This document shows positions 12,111 through 24,930 of a stretch of DNA of 29,375 nt, in pieces. Position numbers and translations under genes: made by a program. Under the pieces are notes generated by a model. That model saw only the letters and a list, made by a program, of their open reading frames with translations, was not told the DNA's origin and ran no database searches. This stretch comes from Balanoglossus misakiensis (taxonomy: Eukaryota; Animalia; Hemichordata): positions 10,720,906 to 10,750,280 of the forward strand of contig CM082577.2 in assembly GCA_040954595.2 (NCBI GenBank). Reading direction: 5' to 3'. The stretch's first letter is position 1. Each line of letters starts with the position of its first letter.

Positions 12111-12273
12111 GGGACGACTTATCCGCCAACCATTCCGGAGACAGCGTTGGCAATCGTGAGATATTTCAACTGGAATACGACGACGGCAGTGACAAGTGGG
12201 CTTTACGTGCGGCCATGGATATGTACTGGACATTAACGCCAAATTCTGGTGTACAAATCGCCCCTATGAAAAA
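12111..12273 (+). CDS. FSCN: Fascin exon 2
   Basis: Acceptor ttttgcattag|; GDDLSANHSGDSVGNREIFQLEYD...KWALR...YWTL; phase-2 donor AA|gtgagt. Missed by the ORF track. Confidence 0.94.
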
Positions 12274-12481
12274 GTGAGTTCAATTTCACCGTTGAAGACA
12301 CGCTGTTTCAGCTTCCATTTTATTGTTAAAATATGTCAATTTGCACAACTACTTGAAGTGGTAAAAGTTACACAGGAATTATTTATTCGGAAATTTAAAG
12401 TGAAGAAACTCGACAACATACTTTCTGAAAAAGGTAGTGACCGTATTTATAATATGTTCAACGATATGTTCGCTCCTCCAG

Positions 12482-12780
12482 ACTACTTCCTGAAGCGCTG
12501 TTCGCAATAGAATACGACGACAGATACGTGGCCATAAAGGCTAACAACGGAAAATACATCACTGCTAAACCAAGTGGTCATCTCTACGCTATATGCGATT
12601 CCGCCACAGAGAAAGCGAGGTTTAAATTTCGGCTGATGAACCGCCCTCTATTGGTTCTTCGCGGCCAGTACGGCTTCGTTGGCGTGAAGTCGGTCTCCAA
12701 TAAACTGGAGTGCAACTGCACCAAGTATAGTCCGATACATCTCAATTATAATGATGGCGCCTATCGCACCGAAGTCAAAG
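12482..12780 (+). CDS. FSCN: Fascin exon 3
   Basis: Acceptor ctcctccag|; LFAIEY...VAIKANNGKY...LMNRPLLVLRGQYGFVG...KLECN; phase-1 donor G|gtaatt. Confidence 0.95.
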
Positions 12781-13051
12781 GTAATTTAGCTTTGGACGCA
12801 GTTGTACGGTGGAGGGGATATGCTAATTTCGTTTAAGCTAATTATGTTATGCTAATTCCCCAGGTGGGGAAAAACTACTGGAAAATATGCAAAAAGATCA
12901 CCAAAAAACAGCCAGCATTAGATAAATCGTTTTCAACTTTTCTTAGGTCCGTTCTATAAGGAAACATTATACTTTTTCAGTTTTTTTATTCGTCCGTGAG
13001 ATACTTTCTGACACATCTTTGCTAAATACCGCCATCTCGCTTTCTCGTCAG

Positions 13052-13254
13052 GTGCGGATGGGAAGGTCATGTCACTCGGTAACGATGGAAACCTGTCTTC
13101 AGACAACGCACAGTGTGAATTTACACTGGAATTCCACCAAAGGAATAAGGTCTGCATACGCGCCCCCAACGGCCACTTGTTGAGAGGTGAACTGAGAGGC
13201 GTTTTCAATGCGACTGGCGACAGAGTTGAACCGAACACACTGTGGGAGTACTGA
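13052..13254 (+). CDS. FSCN: Fascin exon 4 (terminal)
   Basis: Acceptor tttctcgtcag|; ends in PNTLWEY*, the fascin C-terminus. Exons sum to 1470 nt (489 aa). AATAAA at 13364-13369. Confidence 0.95.
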
Positions 13255-13496
13255 ATCATATATTTTATTTTAGAAAAAAAAGAAAACGAAAAGGTTGTCG
13301 TCCAAATGCTATATTTGGATTTTCCCAACCACATGATTAGTGTATGTAGTGCCAAAATTTCTGAATAAACTTTAGGCCATACATGTACATGAGCCAGCTT
13401 TGGACTCTCGGAAGAGCTCTTACTTTTGCATACTGTTTGTTTTCAAGAATCCATAGATCACAAGACTTTTTTATCTGTCAATTGCAAGAAACTTAA

Positions 13497-13843
13497 AGGG
13501 ACAAAGTCTCTCTCTTGCTGAGCCTTTTTCCATTAATTATATTTGATACAAGACACAGTTTGTTATTCTACATGTGGATATATAGTGAATGAACGTTCAA
13601 CCACTTACAACTTCCATCCCTCTTATAGACAGGAGAGTGAAAAAACTCGCCAAAATGAATAATCGTTCTTTACCATTTATTCATTTTAGGCGAGTTTTTA
13701 CTCTCATATCATACAAGTGGGATGGAAGTTTTGTGTGGATGATCATTGATTCACTATATATCCACATTTACATTAACATAAATGGTGTCTTGTATCAAAC
13801 ATAATTAATGGAAAAGGGGCAGCTGGAGAGAGACTTTGTCCCT
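13497..13843. mobile_element. Palindromic MITE family A, copy 1 (Kolobok/T2-like, TTAA TSD)
   Basis: TTAA|AGGGACAAAGTCTCTCTC ... GAGAGAGACTTTGTCCCT|TTAA; 347 bp, largely self-complementary; near-identical to 27766-28112. Confidence 0.93.
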
Positions 13844-14910
13844 TTAACATAGTAGCACTGCGATTTCCATGGCCATTTTGTCCAAAGTTCACACTTTGGG
13901 ACAAGTTGGCTTGTCTGGTGCCAACATTAAATTTGTAAACACGTACATGTATTGTTTGAAAACATTATCGACCATCAAATGTATGTCATGTAACCAATGT
14001 TTACAGAATGAAGTGACTTAATTGGATATTTCATGCAAAAACGTTCACTACTTTGGGTATTTTGAACTTTAACCCCCCCCCCCCCCCCGATCACTTCAAG
14101 CAGATTTAACACAGGTCTGCATTTGTCAAATCACCTCAAAATTCCGCATTATAACACATTTTGTACAACAAATCGACTCGTATTTTGCAGGATTTGAACC
14201 CAGCCCAAACACACAATACTTTATTTGCCTATACTCACATAGGGAAAAAATGTCAATTGAATCTGGCCGATTTTTATCATCTTTAAAGCAATCTTTCAAG
14301 CTGTCATTTTCATATAAGCTCAAGTTTTACATCTTAAGATGAAACTTCACACGTGCAGGAATTTCACCCCCCTCCCCTTAACAAGACCAGTAAGACAACT
14401 CCCCCCATGCTAATGAAGATAATGAAGCTGAGCTCAACCAAACCAAGTAAAGGTGGTTGAAAGGGTTAAATCATGCAAGATTGGCTGGGTTGCTTCCTTC
14501 ATGCGTTAGAAAGCAATGGGATTTTATTGAAACGGAAGGAATGTTTTTGAAATTACGTTTTATTGATCATTTGTGCTGACTTGTCCAACCAAGTGGGTGG
14601 GGACTACTTTAAAACATGATTTTCCAAAAGTTCAACGTCTGTTACACACCAATGAGTCGGCACATCTTTTTTTTTTCAATGGTAGAGTCACGAAAATCTT
14701 GTATGGTGACATGGGGTGTTTTCAGTGAAGTTTCTCTTATGGCAGCTTTGGGGAAAATTTCATAAAAATGACAATACAGACGTTTTCTCCCGTACCCTAA
14801 TTTACATTTGTGAAACACACCCCCAGGAAAAAAAGACAAAGTGACAAAGATATCTGTAACTGTAGCCCCTTTTATTTAACAAATAACTTCAGTTTCTGTC
14901 ATAAAAGAAT

Positions 14911-14936
14911 CTACTTCAGTTCTTTCACTGAGAGAC
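14911..14936 (-). CDS. RPL38: 60S ribosomal protein L38 (eL38), last coding exon
   Basis: Acceptor cattttcag|; GLSVKELK*; AATAAA on the minus strand at 14871-14876. Confidence 0.95.
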
Positions 14937-15441
14937 CTGAAAATGAAAAAAGGAGGAAATTATAAACTATACATAATTTTATATTATCTGGCTGATCATT
15001 CTTTGACCAAGGCAATAAAATTAGCTAGCTGAAAACACCCTCTATGGCCAGAGAGTACAAGCATAAATATGGTTTTCACAGGATTGTTGCAGATGGCAGC
15101 CACAAATACAGTGATAAGTTCCCCAGGGCAATGTCAGCGTAGGGGCCACTAATCTTTAATTTTGGCAAGACAATAGAATGTCACTAACTTAAAAGTTGCA
15201 TCTACTGATTCGCAAATTACCCAATGCGCTTTCAAATCAGATGGGGTCCAAGTGTAATATTTTTACACTGTAGTCAAAAACATTACCAAGCACATACACA
15301 TGGGACACTGACCTCAAACTCAGGTAAGTCAATTCTTTGTATTGCGTCCACTCAAAATTATGAAAGGAGGGCGGCTAATCAGTTATAAAACACACACAAA
15401 ATTTAACATGAAAAAATCTACCTTCTCTGACAGTTTTGTCA

Positions 15442-15855
<414 letters not shown>

Positions 15856-16044
15856 TTATTACGAAACAGGTCTTGTCGGGATACACTAGGAAGAAGAACA
15901 AGAACATGGATTTGACAAAACAAAAATATAACCGATTTATGGGTCTATCATAAACTGAAAAAAAAACAACAGCCAGAAGTTACAGATAATGGCTCTTTAA
16001 TATCCACCATTATCCAGAAATTCTGACTGAAATAATTCACTTAC

Positions 16045-16105
16045 ATTTTGCGTCTTTCCTCCTGGCTGTAAGCAGGAAGTCTTTGATTTCCATTATCTGT
16101 TTAGG
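16045..16105 (-). CDS. RPL38: RPL38 coding exon 2
   Basis: PKQIMEIKDFLLTARRKDAK; acceptor ctgcag|, donor T|gtaagt. Confidence 0.97.
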
Positions 16106-16443
16106 CTGCAGATAGACAATGAGACCATGAATTGTCAAAACAACAATAAACAACAATCCTGAATTAACCAAATTGTAGGGCCAAGGATCCACAACAACCG
16201 TCATCTGTGAATGAAGATCTTCTGTACACTGATGTACCATGATGCACACTGACACAACTTTAGATTGATAAAGATATTTCAATCACTGGGTCCAGTCTGG
16301 ACTTTTCATCAAGAATTGGCATTATTTGCCATGAACTCTACCTGGCCTGTACTGTTTAATACAGGCCAGCCCAATTACCAGGACAAAATTTTCAAGTCTA
16401 TCATGCCAAGTTCAGTTCATCAACTCAACTGCTTTGTACAATG

Positions 16444-16982
16444 TAGCTCTGCGTACAGGTCTGTGTGTTCCCGGCGTTACACAGCCTCCACCACAGCCCT
16501 GCAAGGCGCCATAGAAAAAACTGGTGCTTCTGCGGTCCGGATCCGGACCGCAGCTTTTTCGGCCGAAATTCGATTTTATCGAAGCAAAATCCTTTCCCTG
16601 TCTACTTCTGCCTCCTAACCGACTCCAAATATGATGCGATTAACTTGTCCTAACGTCCGAACCATTCGCGTTTGATTTATTTTTGTGTGTTTACATGTTG
16701 AGATCGCCATATTACAGCGAGTTTATCTCCATGGGTAAACATAAAAGTTTTAGAAAGCAAGCGGTTCGGACATTAGGACAAGTTAATCGCATTATATTTG
16801 GAGTCGGTTAGGAGGCAGAAGTAGACAGGGAAAGGATTTTGCTTCGATAAAATCGAATTTCGGCCGAAAAAGCTGCGGTCCGGATCCGGACCGCAGAAGC
16901 ACCAGTTTTTTCTATGGCGCCTTGCAGGGCTGTGGTGGAGGCCGTGTAACGCCGGGAACACACAGACCTGTACCCAGAGCTA
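16444..16982. mobile_element. MITE with 220-bp TIRs and 9-bp TSD, in an RPL38 intron
   Basis: TIRs 16444-16663 and 16763-16982 (4 mismatches by eye), termini TAGCTCTG...CAGAGCTA, flanked by TGTACAATG at 16435-16443 and 16983-16991. Confidence 0.93.
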
Positions 16983-17404
16983 TGTACAATGCAGCTCTGT
17001 GCAGATCATGTAGGCATTGGTCATGTCATTTACAAAACTCCTGCATCTTTAGGTCAGGGCCATATACATTGGTTGCACGCAAAAAGTGCATTGCATCCTT
17101 TACATTGCTGGTGTCCTGAACGTGAGAATTCTCCAAAAACACACGTCCCGTTCGGCGATGACGTCACTGCCATACAACAAGTCAACATACAGAAGGGTCT
17201 GCATGTCCCCCGATCAACATGACAGTCGTGATTTTGGTATGCACAAATATTTAAAAGACCTTCTTAGTCAACTAATAGTTTCGCGAAAGCGTAGAACACG
17301 ATAGTACTACACACGCACGTGAATTTACACAGATATTCTAGACACCTGGTGATCGGAAATCAAGACGACGAGGATTCCCCCACTTCAGCAGTACAAGTAC
17401 TCAC

Positions 17405-17407
17405 CAT
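17405..17407 (-). CDS. RPL38: RPL38 coding exon 1 (start codon only; exon probably 17447-17405)
   Basis: acaATG|gtgagt gives a phase-0 junction to CCT AAA and completes a 70-aa protein. A pyrimidine-rich acceptor lies at 17448-17449. Confidence 0.85.
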
Positions 17408-17799
17408 TGTTACTGCAGTCTTGCAACAGTTATATGTTGAAAAACGTCTAAAATATAAAACAAAGAAAACGTTTAGATAAATAGGTATTTCAGTAACGAA
17501 CAGACCTCTCTAAACGACGAAACGGCACGGATTCGATACACGATCATGATCTTCGACGGAATCGACTATGGGAGCAGCCATATTGGATTTCGGTATTTGT
17601 TGTTGAAGGTCTCAATCTTTCTCTATTTTTTACATTTTCTTGGGCTAGTCTATCGGCAAAGCTGGTGAAAGTGACTCGCGGGTAAATCATCTTTTCGAAC
17701 CAGCGAGATTTTTATTGAGTTTCACGAAAGTGGAGTAGATGACAGACGATGAAGCGATGCATACATGTACACTTACATTTCAACCAGATAACGCTGGTG

Positions 17800-18870
17800 C
17801 AGAAAAGAACGATTACCCGGATGTAGTCAGGCACGTACTGTGGCGCCCTCAACGGGTGATTTCTGAGGGTACATTTGTACTTCGCTTTTACAGTTTGCCT
17901 TTCGGTTTGTTTGGCCACTGTGGTTTGGCTGAGCCAAAACATGGCGATTTGCATTATGATTTTATATGCAAGAGACTAGTTCGTTATTGATCTGAGTAAA
18001 ATCTTGTCTACCCTTCCATATGGTTGAATTTTGGGTGATGTCGAAATGAACCACGCTGATGATTTAGTTATGTATCTGTGTTGGAGCCTATGGCCAATAC
18101 TTGTTGATTCTTGTGCCCATTATGGTGATATTGACACATTCAACGAGAAAAGGACGGTTTTGTATGTTACATCAACCTAATGTGCGCTAGCTTAGACCGT
18201 ACAAGTTAAAATGTTGGGATTACGTTAGTATCTACAAATACATTGGCCACCTGATCACCTGTAACCTCAAAATTAATGAAGACACCCTGGCTCGAACTCG
18301 ACCTTTTCATGTCTGAGGCAATGCCCCCATTCATCATATGAGTTTAAATTTGCGTCCCAGGCCTCTCTGTGAAATGCCATTAGTTTTCTGCTGTTTGTGA
18401 TATTCCTTACTGTTCCTGTCTATGGAGCAATTTTTCTGCGAAGACTTTTAAATCAGTCTGAGAGCTTCCTCTCATGTCTTTCGTAAGCTGTCGGGCGTCA
18501 AATAGGCCTACTCTTTTAAACAGAGTACGTAATAATGCAATGTTTGTTATTTTTCTTTATTTTAGCCTTTGAGGAAGTCCTTAGAAAATATCCATTAGCT
18601 TTTTAGTTAGGTTGTATCTTGCTAGTAACCCGTTTGTGATTGATGTCTTATCTGTAACACATAAAGCTTTCTAGAATATTTGGAGTAGACCCAAGCGCCT
18701 GTTTTAGACCAGGTAAACCTCGAATGAACACTTAATGTCTGGAAAAATCTCGTTGGCAAACCAACGCTGTTAGTTCAATAACGAATTATCCAAAAGTCGA
18801 CCAACCAGTAAATCGATCACCAACCATAGTTGTCGTCATCACGGATATACCACCAGTCGTCGTTCATCAA
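17800..18870 (-). pseudogene. Possible highly decayed Mab-21/cGAS-like nucleotidyltransferase
   Basis: Ordered motif remnants across frameshifts and stops: TGG...VDF/FVIEL, LFDARQL, GVFINFEV..VFVDTNVIPTF, AWFISTS..DKILLRSI, YKIIMQIAMFWL, KPQW, VPDYI. Judged by eye only. Confidence 0.3.
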
Positions 18871-19243
18871 TTCGTCTTCCAAATCACAACGCATGCGCAG
18901 CTTTTTCACTCATCCGCATCTGTATAAAGACCCATGACTACGCAGTGTGGACTCTTATCCTGATAATGTCAAATTTATTTCTTAAGAAAGTACAACGAAA
19001 AGAACTATAGAAGAATATTCGGTTGGCAAGGCTGTGATTTCTCAGTCAATACACTTAAATCATTGCAGCGCAGCCTTTGGCGCAGCACGCTCAAGTTTAA
19101 AACAAAATGCTTGTCACGATTGGAACATTTTTTTACAACTTTGAAGGCCTTGGCAACAAAAACATTTTGTTCTAAGACTTATGTATAAACAGAAGTCGCT
19201 AATATCCGCAATAATAGTAAGCACTTCAGAAGATGTATAGCCC

Positions 19244-19440
19244 GTATGGCCGCCACTTAAAAAATATGCCATTTACCCCCTATGCGCATTCGACATGCGC
19301 GCATTTCCTTTGTTTTTGCGTTTTTGGACAAGCCAAACAATATTCCCGCACTTCCGGTGCGGAAGTAAAATTCTCCGCGTAATTGCATTGTCCTTGAAGA
19401 TGTCACGCACCTTCGTACAAACCCCGTTGCTAAGGCAACG
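19244..19440. promoter_or_regulatory. Promoter-like motif cluster (YY1-like, NRF1-like, paired ETS, RFX X-box)
   Basis: ATGGCCGCC ~19246, TGCGCAT..CATGCGCGCA 19283-19303, inverted ETS pair ACTTCCG-GTG-CGGAAGT 19350-19366, X-box GTTGCTAAGGCAAC 19426-19439. Confidence 0.6.
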
Positions 19441-20163
19441 GTAGGATAACATTTTAGGCTGTTTTCGTGATAGAATATAACGTTAATACAGCCAGATGGA
19501 CGTTCATCCGATTTTCGTTTATAAAGGGTTTGGGATATTGCACACAAGATCCAATAGTGTAGCCGAGATCACGGCAAAATGTAATACAGTAGTACGTGTA
19601 ATGCAACTGATAAAAAAATCATTATCATAACCGTTCTCCTGTACTTAATTTGTTCACCTTTGACTTTGGCGTTTACAGCGTTACTAGTACCGTGTATATG
19701 ATTTCAGATAGAAATTGACGAAATAAAAAAACAATAGATGAAAATTATTTTTACATGTATTAATGTATCACAAGACAAATAAAAAGCAATTACTCGGTAA
19801 ATTTCTCTACAAGCAGAAAATAGCCACTGTTGAAAACATACGTAATATCCGACACAATACCCTTGAGACGTTCTCAGTTGCCAGTGCTATTTATGCCCGA
19901 CGAAAATTAGAGCCAAACATGTCTCTTTGTCGTCTATCCGGTACAACTTTTCCATGAGATTTCATTTGCCGTATACAGTAGTAATAAATGATATACGAGT
20001 CGTAAGCCAACAGTAAGCACCAACATTATGTCGCCGATAGCCTCATGTCACACGGATTAAACAGCGACAATAGTGCGCTCTATCAAACCAACTAAAAATT
20101 CACGTGTTCAGTTTTTTCCCCAACAATGATAGATACTTTTAGTGTACACTCTCCCGCAGCTGT

Positions 20164-20560
20164 TCATGTCACCTCTTCTGCTTTATGGTCAGGCATTTCG
20201 GGAATACTCGGCATGTGTACCGCAGGAGTGGCACTTGACTTTCGGCGATGTGGAACCGCAGTGTGCTGCTGGAGATCGTTCACCTGCCTTCCGTCCGTAA
20301 TGACAGCTCCCTTGGGGCTGCCCGAAACGCCCCAAATCCGGGCGAGCCCGACCCCCACGCTGTGGTAGTGGCCGGCATGATCTCGGCCGTAGTTCGTGTA
20401 AGCCCATGGCGGCGGTTCGACGTTTTCCTTGAGCAGCACCGCCGTCTGCATGGTGATCAGTTCCGAGAGTAGTTTCTTGGTGTCAAAAATGCTCCCCTCC
20501 CTCTCCCTGCTGTAGATGCCTTTGATGTCGCACTTCATGCAGCTGCCCGCCGCTCCCATG
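20164..20560 (-). CDS. Uncharacterised protein, main/terminal coding exon (131 aa from ATG 20559)
   Basis: GC-rich, codon-biased open frame in an AT-rich background; acceptor tttccag|C ATG GGA; MGAAGSCMKCDIKGIYS...ENVEPPPWAY...KAEEVT*. Confidence 0.7.
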
Positions 20561-23132
20561 CTGGAAACCCGTGAGAGCTGTTGCACCGAATAAATCTTGT
20601 ATTCCACGCGACGGATGCAGTGAGTACAGTACTATACTATAGTCCCTCTGAGATAATTGTCCCAACATACAAGCTGTACTACGTGCCGTGTCGCATATAC
20701 GCGTCTTCTGAATTTGAAAAGTTGTTCACGTGACGCTATTACCGATTCAGTTCCGAAGCAATTTTTTGTCAGAGATAAACGGGCTTCGAAGGCTTGGTTA
20801 TTTGCCGACTGGTCGGTTGAAAACAGCCGTAGTAATTCTGATATATCCTCACGGAGTCCAATCCTCTGGCTGCGGCAACTGCACAACACAATGGAAGTAA
20901 TCTTCAGATGACTTGCCAGTGTCTTCAAATCGTGCAATGCAGACGTGCTCAGAGAGCACTTTTGAAAACAGCCGCCGCGCCTGCAGGCAAAATATGCGCC
21001 TGGTCTTCAGTCGCACGAGAAAGCGACCATGCGCAGCGGGTCTATCTTGTCACGCGCGTTTCACAACGGACTGCAGAGTTATCGCACTGGGTCCCCTTTG
21101 TAATAATGACATCCTACTATATCGGCACTGACGTTTTTTCTCTTGCAAGTGATTTTAATATGCATGTCCACATTTCCCAATCAAATCACAATGCCTGCAT
21201 GGGCGGGGCTGCTTGATCGACCAATCCAGCGCGGAACAGTAGCAGCTAGTGGTTTCAGCAGCTTTGAGCCTTGCATTTTAATATTTTTTCCCGTGATATA
21301 CGATACCCATCATGCCAAGGCATACCTGAATATTGTCTATTGATTTCATATTTTACAGTATCTCATATTGGATTTTTTGTCGCGTCAGGTTGGAGAAAAC
21401 AGTCGCCGCAGGTAATTTTAATCGCAATTTTACGATGATATCGGTGATGTCGAAAATATCGGTTGTGAACTCGTGTGTATAAAGGCAAGCATTCGCAAAA
21501 CTGTATATGAGAGATACACATTTCATCGGCGTAAACATGACTCAATAATGGCATATGATACATGTATTGATATCATGTCATATACAGAGACACTTGTACC
21601 GATTGGCATTTTCAATACTCAAGGACATAACGCACATATCGCAAAACATGGATCCCAATATCATGTACCCTTTTATTTAATTGTTAGATTCAAGTTTGAT
21701 GTCGTCTATTGAAATGCACCAACAAGAAAAGAAGAAAGTATTTTCAAAATCGCATTGAATTAATTGGCAGCCCTTATCAAGTAAAATATTATGGCATGTG
21801 TCAATGATGGTTTGAATCACCCGAAATACGCAATGCGATCAGTGATCTTATTTTCTAGCTTGTTGAAAGATGATAAGAAAAATTAAAAAGTTGGATATGA
21901 ACATATCATTTTTAAGTCTTATTCCGAGGTGCGTATCGAACTTATTTTGTCTAGAACTTGCGCGCAACAGCACAGTAAAGAAATTGCGGACACGTGCACA
22001 TCTTAGTTTTTACATTTCAATCGATTTGTTAAGCGCGTAAATGCGAAGTAATAATTGTGTTTTTCTGTAAGTCATAGAATCAGAATCAAGAGGCCGCGTC
22101 ACAATGTAGCACAGTGTGGCAGCGAATAGTTAAACTTATAATTTCTGCTCGAAGCAGTAGGTGTTCATTCAGCGGCTAAACCTGAGTAGAATTGTCGGGA
22201 ATGAAATCATGGATATTCATGTTTCTTCCGTCGATAGACAAATCTACTTGTAGGAGCTCTTGAAAATGAAACGATTTTCAATGATCCCGCCCAAATTTAA
22301 CCCGAAAACAAATGTTCACACATACATAGGCCTACACACAAAACACAGAGTTCAAGAATGATCTGTACATCGGTTTCATACATAGGACAAATCGTGGTGG
22401 CAGTTTCAAAGGAACTACAATATATGAAAATATGAACTTTCCGACATCGCGCGGCTGAGTCGTGATAACTTGCTCAGGAAATCACGAGACGGGTTTCACA
22501 TCTCACGCCGCTCGCCACATCCGGGAGATTTCCCCCTAAAATTTTAGGTATACAATGTATACATGTTTTCGAAAATACGGGTGATCGACCAAACACAAAC
22601 TAGAGAAAGAAGGAGGGCGCAGATTGGTGATCTCGTGTAGGTATTTATAAAAACTACAGCTCATGCATCTACAGTATACCCTTCTGAAAGCTTCTCATTT
22701 GATTCTGTCACGTATACCGAAGAGATAGAAGTATTTAGATGGCTTATGCTACTGACTGCACTGCATACAGGATGTTTACTAAAAAGGCGATATGGTCGAT
22801 TTTAATACCTTTGTCATGCCGGAGATCTATATATGCTTGGACAAATGATCTATTAGACAGATTAATCAACTGTATCATGTATATTAATGTGCTTCCTAGA
22901 GGAGTCAAGTTAACCTACACTCAAAACGTAGCACATATATCCAGTCAGTTTAATTCTGTGTGATAAGATTCCTGGAATTAATCTTTCTGTTTGCTTTTCT
23001 GCTTTTTGTTTGATTTTCAGCTGCTTTTTTAAAGCAATAATTAAACATACCAAAACATCAAATTATTACCTAACCCGTCCTTTAAAATAATTGCACCAAC
23101 CAGCTAACTAATCATTCACCCAACCAATCAAC

Positions 23133-23184
23133 TGATGATGATTGTGGTGGTGGTGGTGGTGGTCGATAATGATGATGATGGTGG

Positions 23185-23278
<94 letters not shown>

Positions 23279-23340
23279 GATGATGATGATGATGATGGAT
23301 GACGGTGATAATGATGATGATGATGATGACGACGACGACA
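23133..23340. repeat. Compound (GAT)n/(GGT)n/(GAC)n trinucleotide repeat
   Basis: Direct reading. Confidence 0.97.
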
Positions 23341-23377
23341 ACTACATCATCTTTGTCGTAATCAGCAGCAGCAATTG

Positions 23378-23568
23378 CACCACCACCACCACCACCACCA
23401 CCACCACCACCACCACCACCACCACCACCACCACCACCACCACCACCACCACCACCACCACCACCACCACCACCACCACCACCACCACCACCACCACCAC
23501 CACCACCACCACCACCATCACCACCACCACCACCACCACCACCACCACCACCACCACCACCACCACCA
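23378..23568. repeat. (CAC)n trinucleotide repeat, ~63 units
   Basis: Direct reading; one CAT interruption. Confidence 0.98.
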
Positions 23569-24102
23569 TAATAATAATCATAATCATATAAATACGAGTC
23601 ATGTAAACGCGAAGATTTTCCTTGCTGTTCAAAAAGCTTAGACGCTGAGCGGATGCACTTTCGCAAACACAATGGGGACAAACGATCATTCATTTCAGAC
23701 ATTCAAAATGCCAAACTCCGTTCCTTACACAAAGGCACCTACGTCATTCCCGCCAATGGCTATGACGATATGAACTTAATTGCAGTCTTTCATATGATAC
23801 ATAATGATATGATGTCGTGTTCCTTGCCCTTCTAAAGACAGCAAGTGAAAGAAATCCATGTCACCTCGTTGTGTAAGACATTGTATGTCCATGACATCAT
23901 GCATGACACAGATAGTGCGCTAAGATCACCACTTCTTGGTCACGAACACCGAAAACGCGCGGCGCAGTGACGATTTTGCGTCGCCGGTTTCCCACTCAAG
24001 GATGGTGCTGTTTTCGCGAATGTCTGCCGGCCATTTGATGTTCATGATGTTGAGAGTAAAATTCCCGATCAGTAAGACACCGGTCATATTTACCTCATTT
24101 AA

Positions 24103-24413
24103 GGGGACAAAGTCTCTCTCTCTCGCTGCCTTTATGTTATTCTACATGTGGATATACATGTATAGTGAATCAACGTTCGACCACACACAACGTCCATCCC
24201 GTGAGAGTAAAAATCTCGCCAATATGAATAAATGGTAGAGACTGATTATTCATTTTGGCGAGTTTTTCACTCTCGTGTCTACATGTGGGATGGAAGTTGT
24301 GTGTGGAGTGGCCGTGATTCACTATATATCCCCACATGTAGAATAACATAAACAGTGTATTGTATCAAACATAATTAATCGGAAAAGGGCAGCGAGAGAG
24401 AGACTTTGTCCCT
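24103..24413. mobile_element. Palindromic MITE family A, copy 2 (shorter, diverged)
   Basis: TTAA|GGGGACAAAGTCTCTCTC ... GAGAGAGACTTTGTCCCT|TTAA with internal similarity to copies 1 and 3. Confidence 0.9.
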
Positions 24414-24930
24414 TTAATGCACTTTTAATGCCTGTGTGTTATACAGCGCATGGTCTAGATCTCTCAATCACCAGTCACGTCCATGAGCAAATAAAGCTAA
24501 TGACACATCTACACAGACTACCAGTTAAACATGATCAACAACTAAATTGTGCCATTATAGGCTGATTATTTCGGTTTCGTCTGTGAGCGCCCCAGGCAAT
24601 CCATGTTGACCACATTTTTTTCTCAGTCGACAACACTTGGTTTATTTTGAAATCCTATTTTTAAATTCGGCGAATGTTAACACTACCAGATGCTGATGCC
24701 ATGTGCGACACTGGATATGTGCAACGAATTTAATGGATGAAAACAAAAGAAACACACATTAATATGTATAAATGCTACTGGTATGAGAACAACATTTTAT
24801 GAATGTAAAGCGAAACAAAATCACGTTGTGCTATTAGGCGAACTCATTCCTCGGATTGCGACATGATATTTTGATGTTTTTTTTTATTGACCAGTGAAAT
24901 TCGACGGTATAAGATGAATTCCCGCTCATT

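Noticed and set aside
16465-16961. Two near-identical 62-aa ORFs on opposite strands
   Set aside because: Translations of the two TIRs of one MITE.
23108-23702. Poly-His/Gly/Thr/Met/Val ORFs
   Set aside because: Trinucleotide microsatellites, open in most frames, with no coding context.
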